Assembly (NCBI RefSeq): GCF_001544135.1
Contig: NZ_BCPV01000023.1
Span: 34,931 to 58,930, forward strand
Direction of reading: 5' to 3'
Length of the DNA stretch: 24,000 nt
From: Geobacillus zalihae NBRC 101842
Lineage (GTDB): Bacteria > Bacillota > Bacilli > Bacillales > Anoxybacillaceae
Shown piece by piece: positions 9,162-16,671 of this stretch. A model generated the notes under the pieces. The model searched no databases and was not told the origin of the DNA. It saw only the letters and a program-made list of their open reading frames with translations. Position numbers and translations under genes: made by a program. Numbering within the stretch: position 1 is the stretch's first letter; the number at the start of each line of letters is the position of its first letter.

Positions 9162-10215
9162 TTACGCCCACTGCACTGCCACCGCCCGAACAGGCGAACC
9201 GTCGCAGCCAGGCAAGGAAAGAGGAAGGGCAATAATATACGGGTCATCAAAATCGATTCGCTCGAAGTTCACGAAATTTTCTCCGATCACCCCGTTGGCG
9301 CCAAGAATAAGTTCGTGGGCGCGGAACGAAGAGCCGTCCGGCGGGTCGATGTTGAGCGCGTCGATGAAAAACGTCCGCACGCCTCGCTCCAGCATCGCTT
9401 CAATCACCTCCGGCGCAACGTACGGATGGGAAAAATACCGCTTTGTTCCGGCGTATTGCGACCAGCCGGTGTCAACTACCCCCACTTTGCGAACGCTTGA
9501 AGTGGGGGCTTGCAACTCCCCAGAAGTGCAAACGGACTTCGTCCTCCTTCCTTGACTTGGGGTTGCATCAGGGGGCAGGTTGACGACTACCCAACGACGC
9601 AGGTCATGCCTGCATCGTTACCGATTCTCTCGGTGTGTCTGTTGGCAGTACTTGGCTTCCACACACAACAGACGGACCTACGCTCGATGTTTTACGGTTA
9701 CAACGTTTCCTGTAACCAACTCCATACATCGAGTAGCCGTGATTGGAGTGCCTTTATTGAACGGTTTTCTCCACGCCTTTATTCTATCATACACAAAAGA
9801 AAGGGGGAACGCGCATTCCTCTCCCACTTACTCCCTTTGGTCGTTGAAGTGGGAGTCTCCTGCGCGAAATAGGATGAAACAACACAACGGTTCCCGGCGA
9901 CAGCTTCGGGATATACGGAGCGGCATCGGCCATCGTCACCGCTTCGCCTTCCGCTTTCCCCGTGGCATTGATCACGATGCCGCGGCCAAGAAAATAGGTG
10001 AGCGGCACGTCATCGAGCCGCCAACCGTGTTCGTAAAAGTGAAACGGCGCATCCACATGCGTGCCGCTGTGCGACCCAAGCACAAGGCGGCTGACGTGAT
10101 AGCCGTCTTGGGCGAACGTCGCCGCCGGTTCGATTTTCGGCTTCGGATCCCCCGGGTACACCGGAGTTTGGGCCGTGATCGGCATGGTGAGGTCGATGAG
10201 TTTTTGGATGATCAT
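9162..10215 (-). pseudogene. Cyclase / kynurenine-formamidase-family (PF04199-like) gene interrupted by a ~0.4-kb insertion
   Basis: The N-terminal part (10215 down to ~9874) encodes 114 aa with the family motif HSGTHVDAPFH and ends ...GTVVLFH. It then reads into the insertion and stops at 9787. The C-terminal part (~9470 down to 9162, a different frame) resumes TGWSQYAGTK... and ends ALPLSLPGCDGSPVRAVAVQWA, typical of the family C-terminus. It has no properly spaced SD or start. Confidence 0.8.
9471..9873 (-). mobile_element. ~403-bp hairpin-bounded non-coding insertion (IS200/IS605-type miniature element); boundaries +/-3 nt
   Basis: Removing 403 nt rejoins the two cyclase fragments in frame. 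Near-identical subterminal hairpins:
- CTCCCACTT-17nt-AAGTGGGAG (9855-9821 on the minus strand), 18-19 nt from the upstream junction.
- CCCCCACTT-12nt-AAGTGGGGG (9508-9479), 8 nt from the downstream junction.
This is the asymmetric geometry of IS200/IS605 left and right ends. There is no target-site duplication and no credible internal ORF. Confidence 0.6.
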
Positions 10216-10222
10216 GTTCTCG

Positions 10223-11044
10223 TCATTCCCTCCAAATCCATTGTCGGTAAAGGTCGATTCGTCGTTCGTCCATCATGGTGTAAAAGTGTTTCTTTAACGC
10301 TTGGCGTTGATTTTGATCGATCATAGCGTGTACGAGCTCTTCCCGTCCATTCATGTTGGCTGCGGCTATTTTCCTTCCATCCGGCCCATAAATAGAGGAT
10401 AAACCAAAGAAATGGAAAGAAGAAGACGATCCAATTTGATTGCATGCCGCCACATAAACCGTGTTATCGATCGCTCGTGCCATGGCGAATTTTTGAAACG
10501 GTGCATGAAAGGGAGATTCCCAAGCACATGGAACGAGAAGAAGCTCGGCTCCATGAACCGCTAAGTATCTTGCTAGTTCCGGAAAAGCCAAGTCCCAGCA
10601 AATCATTAGACCAATGCGGCCGAGTTCTGTATCCACCAGCACCGGCTCGGCTCCTTTGGAAAACCAGGCTTTTTCAAAAGGAGTCAAATGGATTTTCCGG
10701 TAATTTCCGATACATTGTCCATTAGGATCGATCAACATAAGAGAGTTGTATAGATTTCCTGTATGGTCTTTTTCAACGTACCCGTAGGCCAGATACAATT
10801 GAAATGTTTGGGCAAGTTGGCTCATGTGTTGGAACGTAGAGCCGTCCCATGTCTGGGCCGCCTCTTTTAGCATTTCTGACAGTACGTAACCAGTGGTGCA
10901 AAGTTCCGGGAACAGAAGAAGGCGAACATTAGGGAACTTTCGTTTGCACTCATGGATGATCGTTTCCATTTTGGCCAAGTTGGCGCCAATGTCGCCGTCG
11001 GCCGGCATCATCTGCGCCAATGCGATGTCAAATGGTCTGTTCAT
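10223..11044 (-). CDS. Carbon-nitrogen hydrolase (nitrilase superfamily) amidase
   Basis: 273 aa. Glu-Lys-Cys triad context: LLLFPELCTTGY, YRKIHLTPFE, MICWDLAFPE. The ATG lies 1 nt after the permease stop, with GGAGGGA inside the upstream gene, which suggests translational coupling. Confidence 0.85.
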   Translation of the reverse strand: MNRPFDIALAQMMPADGDIGANLAKMETIIHECKRKFPNVRLLLFPELCTTGYVLSEMLKEAAQTWDGSTFQHMSQLAQTFQLYLAYGYVEKDHTGNLYNSLMLIDPNGQCIGNYRKIHLTPFEKAWFSKGAEPVLVDTELGRIGLMICWDLAFPELARYLAVHGAELLLVPCAWESPFHAPFQKFAMARAIDNTVYVAACNQIGSSSSFHFFGLSSIYGPDGRKIAAANMNGREELVHAMIDQNQRQALKKHFYTMMDERRIDLYRQWIWRE

Positions 11045-11045
11045 A

Positions 11046-12419
11046 TCATCCCTCCAAGCGAGTGGGAGATTGAAGCTCGACCGTATTCGTGCTCGCAGAT
11101 ATTTGTTTTGTCCATTTCATCACCCCCCAATAAACAGCTCCCGATAAAAGAAACGTCAGCATGGTGGAGCCGACGGCAAGCGGATGAATGTACGTAAAAT
11201 AATAGGCGAAGACAGCTCCAACGATATAGGTGATGTAGGCGGCGATGTTGACTCCTTTTTGATAACGATATTGACCTTTTGTGTCGTACAAAATATCTTC
11301 TGCGTCGTATACCCCTTTTTTGATCAAAAAGTAATCAACGAGCACAATCGCAAACACAGGAATGAACAACGTGGCAATCAGCATAATGAAGTTAAAGAAA
11401 TGGGACATCAGCACTTCTTTCAGCAAGGCGCCAAGCGTGCAAATCACTCCCATGATCAACGTCGGTTTCCAAAAGCCTGCGCGCGGGAAGACATTCATGA
11501 ACGACATCGTGGCGCTGTATAATGCCATGACATTGGTCGAGAGTACAGAAAAGAACACAACGATGGATGCGATCAATCCAAACCCGTAAGCCGCAAGGAG
11601 AATCGTTGGATCATACGTCCGTTCCATGTTCGAGGCGATGCTGAAGCCGCTGACGACAGCGCCGAGCCCCATTGCAACAATGGAAGCGACCAGATAGCCA
11701 AAATACGTTCCCCAAAAACCGCTTGTTTCGGAGCGGCAGTTGCGGTTGAAATCGCAAACCGTCGACATCCAAGAAAAAGCGGTGGCGATGACGATGTCAA
11801 AGGCGATAATCGTGGTGATGGATGGATGTTCGCTCAATTTCATTTCGACTAGTGTCGAAATGTCATAAGTCGTAAAAATTTTATAAAAAACAAGGAAAGA
11901 TAAAATCAACATGGCAATCGATATATATTTTTCGATTCGTTCCACCCCTCGGTGGCCAAAAATCGTAATGATCACAACAAGAAGTTCCGTCAAGATGACA
12001 AATAGGTTGATATTGCTGTATCCAGTGGCGTAATGGACGGCATAATTCAGACTAAGGCCAGCCATATAGGCTTGAATCCAGCTCCAGCCGATTAAAATGA
12101 TCGTGTTGACAAGGGCGGGAAGGATGGCGCCTTTTTGTCCAAAGGCCGCTCTTGTGATCACCATTGTAGGGAGACCGGTGCGGATGCCGATGTTTCCAGT
12201 AAGGGCGAGCGGAATGGCGCCGATCGCCGAACCGACAATAATCGCCAGCATGGCGTTGGAGAAGGAAATGTCAGGAACAAACATCATCCCCGTCATGACC
12301 GTCGTAATCACCACATTCGCCGCAATCCAAAGAGTAAACGTGCTAAAAAAATTCATGCTCCGTTCGTTCATCGGGGTCGGCCGAATATCATCATGACCAA
12401 ATCGTTCTGTCCACTTCAT
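11046..12419 (-). CDS. NCS1-family permease (cytosine/purine/uracil/allantoin/hydantoin-type)
   Basis: 457 aa with about 12 TMS. The N-terminal region (RPTPMNERSMNFFSTFTLWIAANVVITT) is typical of CodB/NCS1 transporters. SD GAAGGGAGAA is upstream. Confidence 0.88.
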   Translation of the reverse strand: MKWTERFGHDDIRPTPMNERSMNFFSTFTLWIAANVVITTVMTGMMFVPDISFSNAMLAIIVGSAIGAIPLALTGNIGIRTGLPTMVITRAAFGQKGAILPALVNTIILIGWSWIQAYMAGLSLNYAVHYATGYSNINLFVILTELLVVIITIFGHRGVERIEKYISIAMLILSFLVFYKIFTTYDISTLVEMKLSEHPSITTIIAFDIVIATAFSWMSTVCDFNRNCRSETSGFWGTYFGYLVASIVAMGLGAVVSGFSIASNMERTYDPTILLAAYGFGLIASIVVFFSVLSTNVMALYSATMSFMNVFPRAGFWKPTLIMGVICTLGALLKEVLMSHFFNFIMLIATLFIPVFAIVLVDYFLIKKGVYDAEDILYDTKGQYRYQKGVNIAAYITYIVGAVFAYYFTYIHPLAVGSTMLTFLLSGAVYWGVMKWTKQISASTNTVELQSPTRLEG

Positions 12420-12476
12420 AAGGATTCTCCCTTCTTGATTTTCTATTTTAAATATTCAGAATAATAAACTTGCACC

Positions 12477-12499
12477 GATTTCGTCCTTAGGACGAAATC
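12477..12499 (-). other. Intercistronic stem-loop overlapping the ALDH stop codon
   Basis: Perfect 10-bp stem GATTTCGTCC (12477-12486) / GGACGAAATC (12490-12499) with a 3-nt loop. The TGA stop (12500-12498) lies in the stem. No canonical U-tract follows on the minus strand. Confidence 0.5.
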
Positions 12500-13946
12500 A
12501 GGAGTGCGATGAATACCATCCGAGTGGTTTGCCATGTTGGCTGATGTTCACATGCTTTGTTTCCGTAAAAGCAGCGAATCCTTGCGGTCCAAGCTCTCGG
12601 CCGATTCCGCTTTGTTTCAATCCTCCCCAAGGGGCATCGACATAGGGAGTGTGATAGCTGTTAATCCAAATCGTTCCTGCTCTCAATTTCCCGGCGATTT
12701 GTTCCGCCCGTTCGAGATCGCGGCTGAATAGGCCGGCTGCCAGACCGTATATGGTGTCATTCGCCAACTTGATCGCCTCTTCATCATGTTCAAACGGTTG
12801 TACGGTTATGACCGGTCCAAAGATTTCTTCTTGGACGATGCGCATATCTTGACGGACATGGGCGAAAACGGCAGGAGTGAGATAATACCCCCGTTCTTTC
12901 ATTCGTTTTCCTCCCTGCAGCAGTACTCCTCCTTCCTGCAAGCCGATCTGGATATACGTTTCCACTTTTTCTAAATGTGAGGAGCTGATTAACGGCCCCA
13001 TCTCCGTATGTTCCGCGAAAGGATCGCCAATGCGGAGGGAAGCTAGTCTTTGGGTCAGCTGATCAAGAAACGAATCATAAACGCGTCGTTGAACAAGAAT
13101 TCGCGAAGCAGCCACACACACTTCTCCTTGATTGAAGAAGGAGGCAAACAACGCCCACTCGATGGTGCTGGCAAGATCCGCATCGTCAAAAATGAGCAGC
13201 GGGGATTTTCCGCCAAGTTCCAAAGATACTCGCTTCAAACGGCGAGCGCCTTGTTCGTAAATCCATCGTCCGGTTTTCGTTCCGCCGGTAAACGATATTT
13301 TTTCCACATCAGGGTGTGTCACCAATGTTTCTCCAACCGGCGAACCGCCTCCAGGAACAAGATTAAACACGCCTGGCGGGAGACCGATGGAATCGATCAG
13401 CTTTGTCAGTTCGATGAACGATAACGGAGTCAGTTCTGATGGTTTAAATACCACTGTATTTCCCGCCGCAAGCGCTGGAGCCAGTTTCCATATTCCTAAC
13501 AAGAGAGGAAAATTCCAAGGAACAATCAACGCGCATACCCCGATTGGCTCCTCAATGATTTTGCTTGTCGTGCCATCGGTTCTTTTTATTTCCTCGATGG
13601 CCCGTTGTTCAACAAAATCGGCGTAGTAACGAAGGCATTGGATTGAATCGCTGACATCGAGGCGCGACTCGCGAATCGGTTTTCCTGTATTCAACGTCTC
13701 GATCGAAGCGAATGTTTCTGCGTTTTGTTCCAACAGGTCCGCTAATTGGCGAAGCGCAGCGATCCGTTTTGCTGGATTGAATGGCCAATCGGTATATTGA
13801 AAAGCATGACGAGCTGCTTGGATCGCTTCTACGGCTTGTTGTTGGGATGCTTCATTGATTTCTATAATGATTTCCTCATTCGCGGGATTGATGACCGGTC
13901 TTTTTTTTCCTTCTCCTTTACTCCATTTTCCGTTGACGTATATCAT
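12498..13946 (-). CDS. NAD(P)-dependent aldehyde dehydrogenase (betaine/aminobutyraldehyde/guanidinobutyraldehyde-DH-like)
   Basis: 482 aa. ALDH catalytic motifs ELGGKSP and FNQGEVCVAASR. SD AAAGGAGC is upstream. It is the second gene of the sigma-54 operon. Confidence 0.93.
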   Translation of the reverse strand: MIYVNGKWSKGEGKKRPVINPANEEIIIEINEASQQQAVEAIQAARHAFQYTDWPFNPAKRIAALRQLADLLEQNAETFASIETLNTGKPIRESRLDVSDSIQCLRYYADFVEQRAIEEIKRTDGTTSKIIEEPIGVCALIVPWNFPLLLGIWKLAPALAAGNTVVFKPSELTPLSFIELTKLIDSIGLPPGVFNLVPGGGSPVGETLVTHPDVEKISFTGGTKTGRWIYEQGARRLKRVSLELGGKSPLLIFDDADLASTIEWALFASFFNQGEVCVAASRILVQRRVYDSFLDQLTQRLASLRIGDPFAEHTEMGPLISSSHLEKVETYIQIGLQEGGVLLQGGKRMKERGYYLTPAVFAHVRQDMRIVQEEIFGPVITVQPFEHDEEAIKLANDTIYGLAAGLFSRDLERAEQIAGKLRAGTIWINSYHTPYVDAPWGGLKQSGIGRELGPQGFAAFTETKHVNISQHGKPLGWYSSHS

Positions 13947-13976
13947 GGAAGATTGCTCCTTTTCGGCAAGATGGTT

Positions 13977-14951
13977 TTATGGCGTTGTCGCTGTGGATAG
14001 ACGGTTGGCCTGCGCCCGCCTTTTCTTTAGCGCCACAAGTGTGATCATTTCATATATAATAGCAGACGCCAATATGGCTGTCATTTCCCCGCTGTCGTAA
14101 GCAGGCAACACCTCGACAAGATCAAATCCGACAATATTTAACCCGTCAAGCCCTCTTACGTATTCTAATGCCTCATAGCTTGTCGGTCCGCCTACTTCCG
14201 GCGTGCCTGTTCCAGGAGCGAATGCCGGGTCAACAAAGTCAATGTCATAAGAAACGAAAACCGGTTTGTTTCCGACGCGTTGATGGATGCGGCGCATCAC
14301 TTCGGAAAAGCCGATTTGTCGGACTTCCCTCATCGGAATGACTTCAAAACCAAGCCGTCGTGCGTCCTCGAGATCATCCGCGCTGTAGAGCGGTCCGCGC
14401 ATTCCGACTTGAATGGAATGATTGACATCGAGCAGCCCTTCTTCAACCGCGCGGCGGAACGGTGTGCCATGCATATATTTTTCTCCATAGTAATGGTCCC
14501 ATGTGTCGCTGTGTGAGTCAAAATGAACGAGGGCAACGGGACCAAAGCGTTCGTAAAAAGCCCGCAAGTGTCCTAACGTAATGGAGTGGTCGCCGCCCAT
14601 CAGAATCGGAACGATGTTTTTCTTTAACAATGGCCGCAGCTCTTCGACGATGCGATCATATGTGCGGAGCGCATTGCCCGGGATGACATCAACGTCCCCG
14701 TAATCGACGCCAGAACAATAGGCAAAAATATCGATATCCATGTCCGGATTGTAAGGGCGCAACAGGACGGAAAAATTGCGAATGTGCTGCGGACCATATC
14801 GTTGGCCGGTGCGATTCGAGGCTGCTGTGTCGAATGGAACACCGAGCACGGCGAAATCAATGCCATTTGTCGTTTTGATTGGTTCTAGACGCATAAAGGT
14901 TCGAACTCCGCAAAAGCGGGGTGATTGGGAAGAATCTTTCGGTTTATACAT
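13977..14951 (-). CDS. Ureohydrolase of the agmatinase/guanidinobutyrase family (releases urea)
   Basis: 324 aa. Mn-ligand motifs GGDHS, HFDSHSDTW and SYDIDFVDP. The N-terminal PRFCGVRTFMRL resembles agmatinase/GbuA-type enzymes. SD AAGGAGG is upstream. Confidence 0.92.
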   Translation of the reverse strand: MYKPKDSSQSPRFCGVRTFMRLEPIKTTNGIDFAVLGVPFDTAASNRTGQRYGPQHIRNFSVLLRPYNPDMDIDIFAYCSGVDYGDVDVIPGNALRTYDRIVEELRPLLKKNIVPILMGGDHSITLGHLRAFYERFGPVALVHFDSHSDTWDHYYGEKYMHGTPFRRAVEEGLLDVNHSIQVGMRGPLYSADDLEDARRLGFEVIPMREVRQIGFSEVMRRIHQRVGNKPVFVSYDIDFVDPAFAPGTGTPEVGGPTSYEALEYVRGLDGLNIVGFDLVEVLPAYDSGEMTAILASAIIYEMITLVALKKRRAQANRLSTATTP

Positions 14952-14996
14952 GTCAAGACCTCCTTGGGCAGTGAAAAATAGTTTGTGATATTTAGA

Positions 14997-15012
14997 AGCA
15001 AAAAGTATGCCA
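14997..15012 (-). promoter_or_regulatory. Sigma-54 (-24/-12) promoter of the ureohydrolase operon
   Basis: On the minus strand TGGCATACTTTTTGCT matches TGGCAC-N5-TTGCW with correct GG-N10-GC spacing. The -12 GC lies about 46 nt upstream of ATG 14951. Confidence 0.88.
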
Positions 15013-15077
15013 AAAAGGGGAAGTAGACAAGAAAATACGTAAGCAGGGCTGTTTTGACCGCCATCCTTGCTTGCGTA

Positions 15078-15134
15078 TGTTCAAAAATGAGCGAACGCTT
15101 GATTCAAAAATGAATCTTAATTCGTTTTTGAATC
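15078..15134. promoter_or_regulatory. Candidate enhancer (UAS): repeated TTCAAAAATGAAT half-sites including a 34-bp palindrome
   Basis: GATTCAAAAATGAAT (15101-15115), ctta, ATTCGTTTTTGAATC (15120-15134): inverted repeat with 1 mismatch. An extra half-site GTTCAAAAATGAG lies at 15079-15091. The sites are 70-120 bp upstream of the -24 element and overlap the activator stop codon (15117-15119). The centre TGAATCTTAATTCG resembles an ARG box. Confidence 0.6.
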
Positions 15135-16511
15135 AATACCATACTTTTTCAGCTTTCGTACGACCGTTGGCTGGCTGATGCCAAGATAATCAGCCATCTC
15201 GTATGTTGTTTTGCACTGTTTGACGGCGCGCAGGAGCCATTGCCGTTCCACTTGTTCCATGGCTTCTTTTAATGTCGACGGTTCGTTCTGTTTTTCCAAC
15301 GATTGATGGGTTGTGATCACCTCTGGATGTTTTTGGATCGAAAAAGGAAGATATTCCGGATAAATGGCTCTCGTTTCAGAAGTAATGACTAACCGTTCGA
15401 TCATATTTTCCAGCTCACGCACGTTGCCCGGCCAGTCGTACTGAATGAGATGGTCGACGATGGACGGATGGAAATATTTATCCATTTGGTATTTTTCGTT
15501 GAATTTTTTCAAAAAGTATTGCGCCAGCATGAAAATATCTTCTTTTCTCTCGCGCAAAGAAGGAACATAAATCGGAATCACATGCAAACGATAAAATAAA
15601 TCTTGGCGGAACTTCCCTTGCTTCACCATCTGTTCTAGGTTCTGATTCGTCGAGGCGATCAGACGAAAATCGACCGTTCGTTCTTTAATGCCTCCAACGC
15701 GTATGACTTTTTTCTCTTGAAGCACTTTCAGCAGTTTCGCTTGCATCGAAAGGGGAAGCTCGCCAATTTCATCAAGGAAGAGAGTCCCTTTGTCGGCCAA
15801 TTCGATCAGCCCCGGTTTTCCTGTTTTTTGCGCACCGGTAAAGGACCCTTTTTCATAGCCGAACATTTCCGATTCAAACAACGATTCAGGAATGGCGCTG
15901 CAATTGACCTCAATAAACGGTTCGTTTCGCCTTGGGCTATGGAGATGAAGGGAACGGGCGAATACGTTTTTTCCGACTCCAGACTCGCCGAGGAAAAGAA
16001 CCGTCGCATCCGATTGGGCCACGCGGTGCACGAGCTTCCAAATTCGTTCCATCGCCTTGCTTTGGATGACGATATGGTCCGGTTTCAACTCCTCGATTTC
16101 CATTTGATAATGTTCCATCTGCTTTCTCAGTTTTTCATAGTCTTCTTTTAAACGCTCCAGTTCTGTTAAATCGTGGGAGAAACTGATCACCCGGACAAGG
16201 CGGTTTTGTTGGTCAAATACCGGCACTCCTGTCGCCATGACAACCCGGCCGGTGGCGGTTTGCTGCATCAATTGAACCTCTTTTTTCTCCCGCAATACTC
16301 TGGCTGTAACGGAAGGGCAAAAGACGTTTTCTTTTTCTAATTGATAGACCGATTTTCCGACTAAATAAGAGGCGTCCTTTCCGTATATGGACAAGCAATT
16401 CGGGCTGGCGCGAAGAACGATCCCGTTTTCGTCTGCGATGACAATATTGTCGTTCGATGATCTCAATATCGCATCCAACTCGAATTCCAACACATCGGCT
16501 GTACGTTGCAT
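15117..16511 (-). CDS. Sigma-54-dependent transcriptional activator (PAS - AAA+ - HTH), RocR-like
   Basis: 464 aa. N-terminal PAS-like region, Walker A GESGVGKN, sigma-54-contact loop GSFTGA, Walker B LFLDEIGEL, and C-terminal HTH (YEMADYLGISQPTVVRKLKKYGI). SD AGGAGGGA is upstream. Confidence 0.93.
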   Translation of the reverse strand: MQRTADVLEFELDAILRSSNDNIVIADENGIVLRASPNCLSIYGKDASYLVGKSVYQLEKENVFCPSVTARVLREKKEVQLMQQTATGRVVMATGVPVFDQQNRLVRVISFSHDLTELERLKEDYEKLRKQMEHYQMEIEELKPDHIVIQSKAMERIWKLVHRVAQSDATVLFLGESGVGKNVFARSLHLHSPRRNEPFIEVNCSAIPESLFESEMFGYEKGSFTGAQKTGKPGLIELADKGTLFLDEIGELPLSMQAKLLKVLQEKKVIRVGGIKERTVDFRLIASTNQNLEQMVKQGKFRQDLFYRLHVIPIYVPSLRERKEDIFMLAQYFLKKFNEKYQMDKYFHPSIVDHLIQYDWPGNVRELENMIERLVITSETRAIYPEYLPFSIQKHPEVITTHQSLEKQNEPSTLKEAMEQVERQWLLRAVKQCKTTYEMADYLGISQPTVVRKLKKYGIDSKTN

Positions 16512-16611
16512 ACTTTCCCTCCTAGCAGTCTGTCAGCGCTTCTATTACTAACTTTATCTAAAGAAGAGAAAAAATCCTCTTTCTTTGTCATATGATTTTC
16601 CGTGAAGTTTT

Positions 16612-16627
16612 TGGCATGTTGTTTGCA
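16612..16627 (+). promoter_or_regulatory. Sigma-54 (-24/-12) promoter of the gabT-like gene
   Basis: TGGCATGTTGTTTGCA has the correct GG-N10-GC spacing. The -12 GC lies about 46 nt upstream of ATG 16672. Confidence 0.88.
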
Positions 16628-16671
16628 TGTATGAAAAAGTGAATCATGACATAAGGAACGGAGGAAAAAAG

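Noticed and set aside
9510-9872. A 120-aa plus-strand ORF spanning almost the whole insertion.
   Set aside because: It has a TTG start without an SD, runs straight through both end hairpins, and its composition is not protein-like. It is antisense to the host gene.
9471-9873. Self-splicing group I intron in the cyclase gene. The size of ~400 nt, the position in a conserved motif, a 5' exon ending in U, and CAACAGAC / TAGTC strings vaguely like the R/S core elements all suggested this.
   Set aside because: The two near-identical subterminal hairpins with 19/8-nt offsets fit IS200/IS605 ends much better. CAACAGAC pairs locally with GTCTGTTG rather than forming a P7. No in-frame junction places a terminal G before the 3' exon. 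I could not build a P3-P8 core. It cannot be fully excluded without a covariance-model search.
9580-10326. A 248-aa plus-strand ORF antisense to the cyclase N-terminal fragment.
   Set aside because: It is an Arg-rich shadow ORF of a GC-rich gene with no SD, and the opposite strand encodes a clearly recognisable family motif. The same reasoning applies to the many antisense or out-of-frame ORFs in the track, e.g. 42-1323 (-), 2265-2786 (-), 4549-5136 (+), 6197-6715, 7193-7759 (+), 16822-17886 (-) and 22075-22671 (-).
15508-15530. GAATTTTTTCAAAAAGTATT inside the activator coding region, partly resembling the enhancer half-site.
   Set aside because: Only the TTCAAAAA core matches. It is intragenic and there is no partner half-site.
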